Positions 16,319-28,379 of a DNA stretch of 64,000 nucleotides are shown one piece after another. The stretch covers positions 98,270,001 to 98,334,000 of the forward strand of contig OZ024740.1 of NCBI GenBank assembly GCA_964016885.1, written 5' to 3'. The notes under the pieces are model-generated. The model saw nothing but the letters and a program-made list of their open reading frames with translations, was not told where the DNA came from and did no database searches. The DNA is from Eledone cirrhosa. Taxonomy: Eukaryota. The translations under genes were made by a program, and so were the position numbers. Each line of letters starts with the position of its first letter. Position 1 is the first letter of the stretch.

Positions 16319-16630
16319 CTCTCAAATGGGATGACACATGACCGTGACCTCTGGCATCACGCAGTAATACAGAAGACCCGACCCCCCACGGGTACAAGCC
16401 GAAGATGAAGCATATAGACAATGTGGACGTGTAGGCGCCACGGAAAAAAGCACCCACCACTCACTGTAAGGTTGGTTTTAGGAAGGGCATCCACCTGTAG
16501 AAATCAAGCCAGAATCAGTTCCGGTATGAGCAAGGCATGGTCAGCTGACCGGACACTGCCTACAACAGGACAACCCGTCTAACCCATGCTAGCGTGGAAG
16601 AACGCATGTAAAATGGTGACGATGATGATG
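16315..16630 (+). repeat. RTE-derived tail repeat
   Basis: AGGAAGGGCATCC module and (GAT)n end; related copies at 26700-27100, 34585-34860 (-), 40815-41243, 45770-46240, 52180-52535 (-). Confidence 0.8.
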
Positions 16631-16776
16631 ATATATATATATATATATATGTAGGCATAAAGCCGCTACTAAATTCATTAATTTCGAACCAACTTGATGT
16701 GACCCAACAATTCCATCATTCAAACAGTACCACCTGAATCTATTATAATAACTCATTATTATTATTAACTGTCAAT

Positions 16777-16972
16777 AGGCGGTGGATTGGCAGTAACGGT
16801 AGAGGGTCGGACACCATGCTTTGATGCATAGAGTTACGGCCCTTGCCATTCTGAGTTCAAATCCCGCCGAGATTAACTTTGCCTTTCATCCTTACAGGGT
16901 CGATAAAATAAAGTACCAGTAATGAACTGGATAATTGCTGGCCTTGTGTCAAAAGTAGAAACTATTATTATT
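16777..16972 (+). mobile_element. tRNA-headed SINE family 1
   Basis: A-box-like TGGCAGTAACGG, B-box GAGTTCAAATCCC, core GCCTTTCATCCTT..GGTCGATAAAATAAAGTACCAG, (ATT)n tail. Confidence 0.88.
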
Positions 16973-17614
16973 AACTGTCAATAAATTAACTAATCAATGA
17001 ATCAACATCATAAACTCCTAACTTTTCTTTCTCTCACTCTCTTTCCCTAAATCTATTTCACCTCTTACATTATATTCTATCATATTCTCTTCACCTCTAA
17101 CATAACTTCCAATTTATTAATATATTAATTTAACCAATACATATATGTATATATTTAGTATTTTCATGTTTATACCATCACATCTTTATATTTTAACCAC
17201 CAACACCACAACTTTTTTCAACAATCATATTATGTTCACTTTTCTTCGCACACATATAAAATGTTTTTATTTATTTTTTATCATCTTCATTCTAACTTAT
17301 TTATTATTTTTTCTTTTTCTTTTTTCTCTTTTCTTTTTTTTTTCTCTCTCTCTCTTTTTGTTTGTCTTTTTCTTTCTTTATTACTGATGTTGTAATTTGA
17401 AATTTCCTAGTATATTATAAATGCTGTGTATAATTTTAATCAGTTTCTGATGATTTTATTAATAAAAACCTGCCAGAGATGCTTCCGTCTGAGCGAGACA
17501 TGGTCTCTCACCCATTCACATGGTCTCTCACCCATTCCTGCATCAAATGGAACAAAACCGTCTAACCCATGCTAGCGTGGAAGATGGATGTTATATATAT
17601 ATATATAATAATAT

Positions 17615-18515
17615 ATAGAGGAACAGTGGGAATTCCTGAAAGCAAACCTGCTGATGGCGGCAGACGAAGTCTGTGGCTGGAGCAGGCCTATAGGCTGGAG
17701 GAGAGTAACATGGTGTTGGAACAGTAAGGTGGTGGAGTCAATTAAAGCCATCAAGCAGGCTTGAAAAGTATGGCGGGATGGGGGAGGTAGAGAAGACTAT
17801 CAAGTGGCCAGGAGGGAAGCTAGGAGACAAGTGTACTTCGCAAGAAGGGAAGCAGAGGAAAGAAAGTTCAAGCATGTTCTACAACACAAGGACCAAAAAC
17901 ACGAAGTGTTCAGGATTGCTAGGCAATGTGTCAAGGAAAACCATGATATTGTCGGGGAGAAGTGTGTACTTAATGATGATGATGTATTTGCCATCACTGA
18001 CGCTGATAAGAAGGTAGCTTGGAAGTGTCACTATGAAAGGCTACTAAATGAGGAGAATAAATGGGAGAAAGACAGTCTCCCCCACATCGACCCAATAGAG
18101 GGACCAGCAGTGTTAGTCGAAGGCAGTATAATAAGTAAGGCAATCAAAGATATGAAGACGGGTAAGGCAGCTGGGCCTTCGGAAATAGTTGCTGAAATGC
18201 TGAAAGCTTCTGGAACGGTGGGACACACCATGGTCACCCGGATATTAAACCAAGTCATACAAAATGGGGTTGTTCCAAAGGACTGGCGGAGCAGCATCAT
18301 CATTAACTGTTACAAGGGTAAAGGAGATGCCCTAGATTGGAGTAACTATAGAGGCATTAAATTAATCGACCAGGTCATGAATGTCACAGAAAAAGTAATA
18401 GCGCAACTAATCAGAGAGAGAATTGATCTAGATGAAATGCAGCTTTTGTCGACTTGGAGAAAGCCTTCGACAGAGTCCCCCATTCCATTATCTGGTGGGC
18501 TCTTAGAAATCTTCG
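17615..18515 (+). mobile_element. RTE LINE internal fragment (EN-RT linker and RT N-terminus)
   Basis: ORF 17804-18520 with KTGKAAGPSEI, YKGKGD, NYRGIKL; same subfamily as 41695-43870. Confidence 0.9.
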
Positions 18516-18764
18516 GTTAGCTTTCCTCTGTGTTGTTTACTTGTCTCACTCGCTTTACGTGTTTTAATTGTCCTAATAACTTATTTTAGTTATTATTGCG
18601 CCAACGTGAGGTATATGATTTTTAATGCAATGAAATACCTATGACCGTTGGTAAATCACTGATGAGGGACTCATTTTATAACATGTTATCCATGTGCAAC
18701 CATGCAGTATTCTTCTCCCCATTTTTTCACATATATATATATATATAATCATAGTGGACTATTG

Positions 18765-18849
<85 letters not shown>

Positions 18850-19690
18850 TCGTAGTGGGCTATTGTATGCGCCTTGCACTGGAGAAACACCAGAGCAGGA
18901 GAGTTAAGGCGAAAACGATATCGGATGCTGAATTTGCCGACGACATATATTTCGTGACAAATACAGGAATCAGAGGATTTGATGCAGGAGGTTGAGACTG
19001 TGTCGATGAGTGTGGGGCTGAGAATGATTGAGACTAAGACAAAATATCTGGTAGAGAATGTTGCGAAGCCAGAGGCTATTACTAATGTAGGCTGGAAGCC
19101 ACAAGAATTGGTTGAGGACTTCCTGTATTTTGGAGCAAAGTTTGGGAATATGGAAGATGATGTGTTTGAGAGGAAGAGCAAAGCCTGGGCGCCGTGCCAC
19201 AGCTTGAGATCGGTGTGGAAGTAGGACCTTTGTGGGGACTTGAAAATCTGCCTCTTCATTGCTGTAATGGAGTCTGTACTGCTGTATGGGTCTGAGATTT
19301 GGACACTGAACAAGAAACTCACTCAGAATGGTGGATGGGTGCTACACGAGAATGCTGAGGATGGCTCTGAACATAAATCAGTATGTACTGATGATGAAAA
19401 CTCAGAGCTGTATGGGAGCCTCCCAAAAGTCAGCTCAAAAGTGACTAGAGGAGACTGAGGTTAGCTGGACAGGCTCACCGACATCCAGAGTTGACACTGC
19501 TCTCAGTGCTCCTGTGAGAGCCCCTGCATGGACAGACTGGAAGATGAAGACCAAGGTTAACATATGTTGATGCACTAAGGACAGACACTGGTCTGTTGGA
19601 GACGCGGGACATGGCAGCGATAATGAAGGACAGAGACCGCTGGAGAGAACTCGTCCATGGATCTCGGGAATTTTACCCGCCCGAGATTGA
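18850..19690 (+). mobile_element. Decayed LINE RT C-terminal half (distinct family); its 3' end recurs at 44875-45045 (-)
   Basis: EFADDI, DFLYFG, ESVLLYGSEIWTL. Confidence 0.8.
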
Positions 19691-19711
19691 TAGCTATATA
19701 TATATGTATAT

Positions 19712-19747
<36 letters not shown>

Positions 19748-20813
19748 TTCGTTTAACATCCATATTCCATGTTAGCATGTGTTAGACGGGAGTTGTCCCA
19801 CTTGAGGCAAGTTTGGTCGGGTGACCGTGTCTCGCTTATATAGGACTATCTGGCAGGTTTTCTACGGCTGGATGCCCTTCCTAACACCAATCACATTTAC
19901 AGTGTGGACTGGGAACCTTTTACCGTATTACCTACACGACCTCATTGCAGCGTGGCCTGTGTTTTTTTCTTATCGTGACTCCTACAACATCTCGATCTCG
20001 ATCTCATTATCTCATTAATTTTGACTGAATGTTATGGTATCAACTTTACAGAGAGAGGGTGTTGTTGCTGGGAGTAAGATGATAGAGTAGGGGTAGTGGA
20101 TTTGGGTGTATATTCGGTTAAGAGGTGCCTACTGACTGCCTGTTTTGCTTCGTACATAGGCAAGGCAGGTCTTCTGTATTACTGCATAGCGTCAAAGAAC
20201 TCGGTCCAGTGACATTGTTTTAGAGAGGTGCAAGTGTGTAAGGTCAGAATTTATCAAATCGTCCCAGGTTTTTCTGGGTGTACCTACACCATAATTTCCA
20301 TCAATTTTTATCGCCCTACACTTTTTTATACAGCTGTCGTCTATCATGTGAATCACGTTACCATACCAACGTAGTCTTCTCTCAAGTAAACAGCATCTGA
20401 TCCCTCTTATTCCTAATTTTTAACTTAGTTCATTCATGCTTTGCCATTCACGTATATTACTATTACACATCCAACGGAGCATGCATGCTTCCTTCCTTTC
20501 CAGTCTGCGCAGGTCCTCTGCACACAATGCCCATTTCTCACTGCCATGTACCATTGCTGTTCGTATACAGGCATCATACAATCTGCCTTTCATTTTTAGA
20601 GATAAATCTTTTGTGGCCAACAGCGGTATAAGCTCTTTGAACTTTTTCCATCCCGTTCTGACTCTGGCTACTGTACTTTCAGAGCACCCTCCACCACTGC
20701 TGATGTTGTCACCCAGGTAACGGAGAGTGTCCACTATTTCTATAGAACCATCTGGGAAATAGAAGGAGCTAGTATACTGTAGGCACTTGCTACTTATTGC
20801 ATCTGGGCATCGG

Positions 20814-20817
<4 letters not shown>
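19712..20817 (-). mobile_element. RTE LINE 3' fragment with tail
   Basis: CGRC...LRYLGDNISSGGG...MLRWMCNSNI; tail module and (GAT)n. Confidence 0.9.
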
Positions 20818-20884
<67 letters not shown>

Positions 20885-20900
20885 ATATATATATATATAT

Positions 20901-21227
20901 ATTTCGTTTCTGAATTTATTTAGCAAGATTCTTTATCTGAAAACGTGTGTTGAAACCGATATTGTTATACTTTGGGACACACACAGAAACAAGATGGCGT
21001 AGGACAGAACAAAGGAGAGGCACAAAAACAAAGAAAAGAATCCCCAGTCACTGAAGAGGTCACATAATGTGTGACGAAAGAACTTTGACAATATATAAAC
21101 AACCATCTGGTTGTGGAACCAACCAACCGGAAATTTATAAATTCCTAAATTTATAAATTTATTATAATAAATTGAAGTGAAACTTCTGGTGCGTGTGTTT
21201 CTTATTGGCAGCATGACCCTACCAAAG

Positions 21228-21230
<3 letters not shown>
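20901..21230 (+). repeat. PLE pLTR-like cassette with minimal HHR (21047-21089)
   Basis: GTCA CTGAAGA gGTCACA taatg TGTGAC GAAAG aa CTT TGAC; copies at 39405-39730 and 45095-45350 (-). Confidence 0.8.
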
Positions 21231-21258
<28 letters not shown>

Positions 21259-21351
21259 GAAGTAATTCCGTCGGAAAGGTCCAAGAAAAAAGAGTGTTTT
21301 ATGTAGGTTACAGAGCTTATTAGTTATGTAATAAACAACATAAGATAATTA

Positions 21352-21412
21352 TTTCATTTACCAGTGGTTTCTTGAAAGCAAACAAAATTTGCTTTCAATC
21401 ATCAGAATGAAA
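21352..21412 (-). ncRNA. Type I hammerhead ribozyme with intact consensus
   Basis: Minus strand: TTTCATT CTGATGA TTGAAAGCAAA ttttg TTTGCTTTCAA GAAA CCA c TGG TA AATGAAA. Confidence 0.9.
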
Positions 21413-21962
21413 AAATCCTGGTGTATTTATTGACAGTGGATTTTAAAAACAAAAATATAATCTATATGAAAGTGAGGCTGGAAAAGGAAGAAGGAAAGGC
21501 AACACAATAAATATAAAAGTAGATAAACACACATTCACACACACACACGCATACACACACACACATATACATACACACATACATATATATATATACATAC
21601 ATACACACACATATGCATACACACATACATACATATATATATACACATACATACACACACATATACATACACACATATATACACATACATACATATACAT
21701 ATATAGATATATGTACACACACCTACATACGCACACACACAATTAATTATAAGAAAAAAATAAAAATAAATAACAATGGACAACCATATAATGCTATAGG
21801 CCGTCACATAAAAATTAAAAATATACGACTTAAGAAAATAAAAATTATTATAAAGTTGACAGCGATACAGGAAAGGACACAAATAAATAAACAAACACAC
21901 GTGGTAAGCAATACTCACATTTACACATACACATACATACATATAAATATATACACACACAT

Positions 21963-22022
<60 letters not shown>

Positions 22023-22027
<5 letters not shown>

Positions 22028-23499
22028 AACCAGTAAGACCCCGACAGCTGAGCTCAAGCCGTTTCGACGGCTAATTCTGGACTAAATGAAAATTTATCCT
22101 GGTATTTAAATAGCCGATCTTCTCAAGGGGTAATTCCATATATGGTCAAAGTGATTGTCAAAAATCAGTAGTAATTCTGTGGTTGCAAATTAGTAGGGGA
22201 GATGGTGGCTAAACCTGTCAGTAGGAGAAAGAGGGGAGGGGGTGGAGTAGACCCAATCAAGCGTTGGTAGTGCCAGCTACAGCTGGGCATGAGGTCAAAG
22301 AAGATACAGGGGAGGGGGAGGGGGAGGAAGTTGGAACGGTAGGTAGAACGATGGGGGGTAGAAATATATAGGAAAGAAAAAATACTGAGAGTGAAGAAAA
22401 GCAAATAAGTGTACCCCCACCACCACCCCCTCCCCTAGTCTATGATAGATCTGGCGGACTCCGCCCTTTATAGCAGTTGGCTTAGACCCCGGATACTTTC
22501 CCCCTTTTTCCGACCGCTCCCACTATCCTCTGTGCCCTCTATATTTCTTAGTGGCACTTATGCCTTATTTTTTCGTTTCAGTATTTCTTGCTTCGCTTTT
22601 CTTCTGGGCGGGGTGGATTCTGAATTTATTTCTCCGTATTCTACCTTTATTTCGTACGAACTTTCATGTAGCTTGTTTTAGATCTTTTAGAGTTAGCATT
22701 AGTATATATTTTTCTCGGGACTCAGAATTATTATCTCGTACAAGTTCACTTTGCTGCACTGGGTCGTTGCTGGCCCGGGATGGAAACCTTTATTGTTTAT
22801 TTCGTGGTAGTCTCTTTAGTATTTTGGCCCCTTTTGTTGACCCGTCACCGTATGATTTACGTACTTATACCTCTTAGTCCTTGCCTATTTCGTCCCACCT
22901 AGTTCTTTTACTTATTTCGTTATTTCTTTATTTCTTTCTTTCTTTACTTCTTTCTTTCTTTCTTTATTTTATTCTAGCCTAACAATAGCCTGAGACCTAG
23001 GTCGTAGAATTTAATTTACTTTACTTTTTTCTTTACACTTATTTGCTTTTCTTCACTCTCAGTATTTTTTCTTTCCTATATATTTCTACCCCCCATTGTT
23101 CTACCTACCGTTCCGACTTCCTCCCCCTCCCCCTCCCCTGTATCTTCTTTGACCTCATGCCCAGTTGTAGCTGGCACTACCAACGCTTGATTGGGTCTAC
23201 TCCACCCCTCCCCTCTTTCTCCTACTGGCAGGTTTAGCCACCATCTCCCCTACTAATTTGCAACCACAGAATTACTACTGATTTTTGACAATCACTTTGA
23301 CCATATATGGAATTACCCCTTGAGAAGATCGGCTATTTAAATACCAGGATAAATTTTCATTTAGTCCAGAATTAGCTGTCGAAACGGCTTGAGCTCAGCT
23401 GTCGGGGTCTTACTGGTTCCTATTACCCACTCTACTACCTCAAGTATTGAGTACTTTTGTGCGTTATGGTCCACCTGGTTCCTTACCACATTTCCTTCG

Positions 23500-23500
<1 letters not shown>
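22023..23500. repeat. Large fold-back cassette (~390-bp arms, ~630-bp spacer) with a U3-A8 HHR in each arm
   Basis: 22023-22410 inverted at 23037-23423. ACCCC TTGAGAA GATCGGCTA...TAGCTGTC GAAAC GGCT tgagctc AGCT GTC GGGGT at 23315-23408 (+) and 22038-22131 (-). (TA)n on both sides. Confidence 0.88.
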
Positions 23501-23564
<64 letters not shown>

Positions 23565-24082
23565 CACACACATATATATATATAGGAAAATACATAAATA
23601 TTATATATATATATAAATAAAAAGGTGGAAGGGGTAAACAAATAGTTGGGAATACGACAAATAATAAATAAATAATTAAATGGATAAAGGTATAAATGTT
23701 TATAGCTGATTTAGAGCACTCAACAAGTTCCTGGAGCAAATAATCAATTAAAATAAACATTAAATCACTCTGTATGTAATTATGAATATACATACACATA
23801 TACACACACAACCATACAAATACACACATATATACATATATATATATATAAATTTATATATAGGAAAAAGTATGACACCGACGGCAGAGCTCAAGCCGTT
23901 TCGACGATTATTCTATATATATATATAAATATATATTTATATATATATAAATACACATATACAAGCACGCACACATACACATCTATACAAAAAGTTATGT
24001 CACCACCTTAATAAAAATACACACACACATATATATATATATATATACACATACATATACACACAGATATATATAATTATAT

Positions 24083-24144
<62 letters not shown>

Positions 24145-24378
24145 TACACATATACACAACACATACATACACACAGAAATAAATATCTATGAATAAAAAA
24201 GCTGGGTATGTAAATGGTAAGTTAGAAAGTAGGAGGGGATAAGGAAAATAAATAACATAGGAAAAAGTTTAAATATAAGGGTAGATAAGGGAGAAAAAGA
24301 ATATAAGAGTACAGAAAGTGAGTTCAGAGAGTAATCAAAATTGTAGTGGATGTAAGGCGTAGACAGCAGAGAAGAAGT

Positions 24379-25005
24379 TCAAGGTGTTTGAGTCATCCTA
24401 GGAATGTCAATCCAGTTACAGAGCAGATGTGATTTCAAGTGAGGACAACATCTGAAGATCTCGGTCTTGGAGTTCAGGCAAGTTGAAGTGGCTTTCAAGT
24501 TTTGTAGAATTCTAAATTTTTTAGTGGTACACAATGAAAAATTCTTTGTGCCCCTTTGGTATTCCCTAGAATGGTCTAAAATAGACCAATCGATAGAGTA
24601 CGGGATGTTTTTATCCTTGAATTCCCACACCTTATTTGCGAGAGCCGTTGCTGTTCTTTTATCAGAGTGTTTAAAAGAAGCGACATGTGCATAAAACCTA
24701 GTTTTGGACCTGTCCTGAGTCATGCCAACATATCGTTTACTCCTGGCTGGCTGGTTGTTAATCAAAAGTGTCACTTTGGCCTTATATACAACGGATTTGG
24801 TATTACATTTGCCCTGTAATGGGAATTCATCTGGCTTCCTGCAACTGCATCCTGGATTTATTCGCGTACAATTAGTATTGGTTATTTTAGACTTCATTGA
24901 TCGGCAGCAATGGGGCTCTTCTGAGGCAATTATAAAGGTAAAGTATTTAATAAAGTACCCTGTACGTGTAGGAACATATATTAACATCAGAATGCATTAC
25001 TCCGC
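24379..25005 (-). mobile_element. PLE GIY-YIG endonuclease fragment
   Basis: CSCRKPDEFPLQGKCNTKSVVYKAKV...YVGMT...FSLCTTKK...LNSKTEIFRCCPH. Confidence 0.88.
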
Positions 25006-25029
25006 ATTGAAAAATGCTGTTTACTCGAG

Positions 25030-25631
25030 AGAAGATTACGTTAGTATGGTCACCTGATGCACATGAAAGACGACAGCTGTAAAGAAATGTGCAGGAAGAT
25101 CAAAATTGAGGGAGGTTACGGAGTAGGTCGACCCAGAAAAACCTGGGACAACATGATAAAGTCCGACCTTGCACACTTGCACCTCTCTAAGATAATGTCA
25201 CTGGATCAAGAACTTTTGCATCACGCAGTATTACAGAAGACCCGCCTCCCCTACGTGCAAAGTTAACCTACAGTCAGTAAGCCACTCCAAACCAAACACA
25301 CCCCAACCCCACTCCATCCTCCCACTCCCGCCAACCCCACCCTTTCTCTATAAAGTTATGTTGGTACCACAACATCCAGTCCAAACTAATGAGATTGTGT
25401 AGGTGTCACAACAAAAAACACAAAGCCCACGCTTTAATGTGGCCGTGTAGGTAACACGGTAAAATGATCCCAGTCCACACTGTAAATGGGGTTGGTGTGA
25501 GGAAGGGCATCCAGCCATAGAAAACCTGCCAGATAGTCCTATACGAGCGAGACATGGTCACCCGACCAATCTTGCCTCAAGTGGGCCAACTTCCGTCTAA
25601 CCCATGCTGGCCTGGAAGATAGACGCTAAAC

Positions 25632-25689
<58 letters not shown>

Positions 25690-25690
25690 T
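25030..25690 (+). mobile_element. RTE LINE 3' end with tail and (GAT)n
   Basis: GRPRKTWDNMIKSDL followed by the tail module. Confidence 0.85.
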
Positions 25691-25694
25691 ATGC

Positions 25695-26715
25695 TGATGG
25701 ATCAGGTTATGAAAGTAACATAAAGAGTTATAGCACAGTTGATAAGGGACTGGGTAAAACTAGGTGAGATGCAATTTGGGTTTGTTCCAGGAAAAGGCAC
25801 CACTGACCCCTCTTCCTTGTGAGGCAGTTACAGGAAAAGTATCTAACTAAAAATAAGTCGCTCTACCTGGCATTTGTCGATCTGGAAAAAGCCTTCAGCA
25901 GAGTGCCTCGTGCTATAATCTGGTGGGTTCTTAGAGAAGTAGGAGTAGATGAATAGCTTGTGAAAGCAGTCAAAGCCATGTATAGGGGAGCAGTCAGCAA
26001 AGTTAAAGTTAGCAATGACTATAGAAAGGAATTTAGCATACAGGTCGGTGTGCACCAGGGCTCTGTTCTTATCCCTCTCCTGTTCATTATAGTATTGCAG
26101 GAAATATCAGAGGAGTTTAAGATCGGATGCCCATGGGAACTCCTATATGCGCATGATCTCACTGAATCTATGGTGGAACTAGAGAAGAAACTCCAAACTC
26201 TGGGAGAGGGCTGTAGAGACAGTACACAGCTTTTGCTACCTAGGCGACCAAATTAGCAGTGGAGGTGGGTGTCGGAAAGTACAGTAGCCAGGGTAAGAAC
26301 GGGGTAGACGAAGTTCAGGGAGTTTCTGCCACTTCTAGCTGCAAAAGTCAAACTGTATGATGCGTGCATAAGAACAGCAATGTTACATAGTAGTGAGATC
26401 TGGGCGTTGTGCATAGAAGACTTCTGTAGATTAGACAGAAACGAAGCTTGCATGGTCCGATGAATGTGTAATAGTAATATACGTGAATGGCAAAGCATAA
26501 ACGAATTGAGAGAGAGAGACTGAGCATAAGAGGAATCAAATGCTGTGTTGCAGGAGAAGAGGTTGCGTTGGTATGGACATCTGATGCGTATGAAGGATGA
26601 CAGTTGCCTAAAGAGGTGCAGAAGTCGATGGAAGCCGTGGAGTAGGGAGACCTAAGAAAACCTGGGATGAGTTGATAAAAGCCGACCTTACTCAATTGCT
26701 CCTCTCAAAGGAGAT
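25695..26715 (+). mobile_element. Decayed RTE RT fragment
   Basis: QFGFVPGK, LAFVDLEKA, VGVHQGSVL, CPWELLYA. Confidence 0.87.
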
Positions 26716-27162
26716 GACGGAGGACCGTGACCTCTGGAGTCACGCAGTAATACAGAAGATCCCACGTCCCACGGATACAAGCTGAAGCTGAAGCATATAT
26801 ATATAATATGCCCCCACACCCTCCCACTGCAAACTGGTTATGGAGGTGCCAGGGCAAAAAAAGCACACTGCTCACGCTGTAAAGTGGTCGTGTAGGCGCC
26901 ACGGAAAAAAAGGACCCAGCACTCACTGTAAATGGGGTTGGTGTTAGGAAGGGAGTATGCAGCTGTAGAAATCGAGCCAAAATCAGTTCCCGTATGAGCA
27001 AGACAAGGTCAGCTGACTGGGCACTGCCCACAACATGACAACCCGTATAACCCATGCCAGCGTGGAAGAATGGACGTAACACGGTGATTATGATGATAAT
27101 GTATATATATATATAAATATATATATAGTAAGAAATTAAAAGATGGTTAAAAAAGTTCAATA

Positions 27163-27232
27163 TATTTTATTATGCGCATTTCGAAAACAACATCATCCTG
27201 GGACAAAAATTGTGTTCTCATCAGATAAAATA
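27163..27232 (-). ncRNA. Type I HHR with intact core, downstream of the PLE ORF on the same strand
   Basis: TATTTTAT CTGATGA GAACAC...GTTTTC GAAA TGCGCA TA ATAAAATA. Confidence 0.82.
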
Positions 27233-27838
27233 AGGTAACATGATATGAGGCCTAAAAACACTTGTGAACAAGAAAGTGTCCAGTACATATGACAAAAATA
27301 TAAGAGAAGAGAAAAAATAGGAAAAATGAAGAAAAGGAAAGAAGAAGGAAAAAAGGAAAAAGAAATAGAAGAGAGGAAAAAGAAAGAAAGAAGGAGGAGA
27401 GAGAAATAGAAAGAAAGAGAGAGAGAGAGACTTTTGATCGGGAACGCTGTCAAAAATGAAAAAAAAACAGCTGTGAATAACGACTAAAAAAAATAAAAAA
27501 ATAAATAAATAAATAAATTGATGAGGTGATTGTGCTAATATTTCAAATATTAGTAGTCTAGGATATAAAACTGGGTATATTATTTAATATTGAGTTTGAA
27601 TACTAAAAATTGGATTAAGGAGTGTAAAAATGTATTAATAAAATAAAATAAAATGAAATAAAATTAAATTAAATAAAATTAAATTAAAAATAATTATAAT
27701 AATTATAAAAAAGTTTTTTTTCAAATAAAATAAAATAAAATAAAATAAGATAGATTAAAATAAAATATAAAAATAAAAAAAATTACTATTAAAAATTTAT
27801 ATATGTGGGGTATAGTATTTGATTATTATTGTATATCA

Positions 27839-27995
27839 AGGTGAATTGGCAGTATCGGTAGAGGGTTGGACGCCATGTGTTCTAGCATAGTTACGTCCCT
27901 TTACAGTCTGAGTTCAAATCCCGCCGAGGTTAACTTTGTCTTTCATCCTTACGGGGTTGATAAAATAAAGTAACAGTAAAGTAGAAACAATTATT
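27839..27995 (+). mobile_element. tRNA-headed SINE family 1
   Basis: Same head, B-box and core as the 16777 copy. Confidence 0.85.
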
Positions 27996-28379
27996 GTATA
28001 TCAACAAGTAAATAAAGGAAATTGCTAGAAAGGTTTATAATCGTAGAAAGACATATGACGTCATAGATTGTTTACGAATTGCTAGAAAGGGTTATAAACG
28101 TAGAAAGACATATGACGTCATAGATTGTTTACAAAATCTACGAAGGTTTGAACGAAACATTTACGTCAATAGAGAACGAAGGTGAAAGGCTTAATAATGC
28201 AGAGAAAAAGGGATTAATACTTTGTAGAATATAATGAAATATGTGAGAAAAAAATGTGTGAAAAATATATATGTGTAAAAAATTAACCGTTATTCGTAGA
28301 ATAAGTTATAGGACATTAGCAGTATACTTTGTGAAAGGTTTTAAAGATTTATGAATACAGAGACCAAATAAGTCCGTAC

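Noticed and set aside
16777-16870. tRNA-like sequence as a true tRNA gene
   Set aside because: No cloverleaf; it is a multicopy SINE head followed by core and tail
18659-18700. CTGATGAGGG half-core; also 17446, 35258 and 52680
   Set aside because: No matching stem II closure with GAAA-NUH nearby; at most truncated relics
28017-28132. ~59-bp tandem duplication, and the ~158-bp repeats at 37255-37620, as a CRISPR-like array
   Set aside because: Only two or three adjacent units without unique spacers, in PLE 3' regions of eukaryotic DNA
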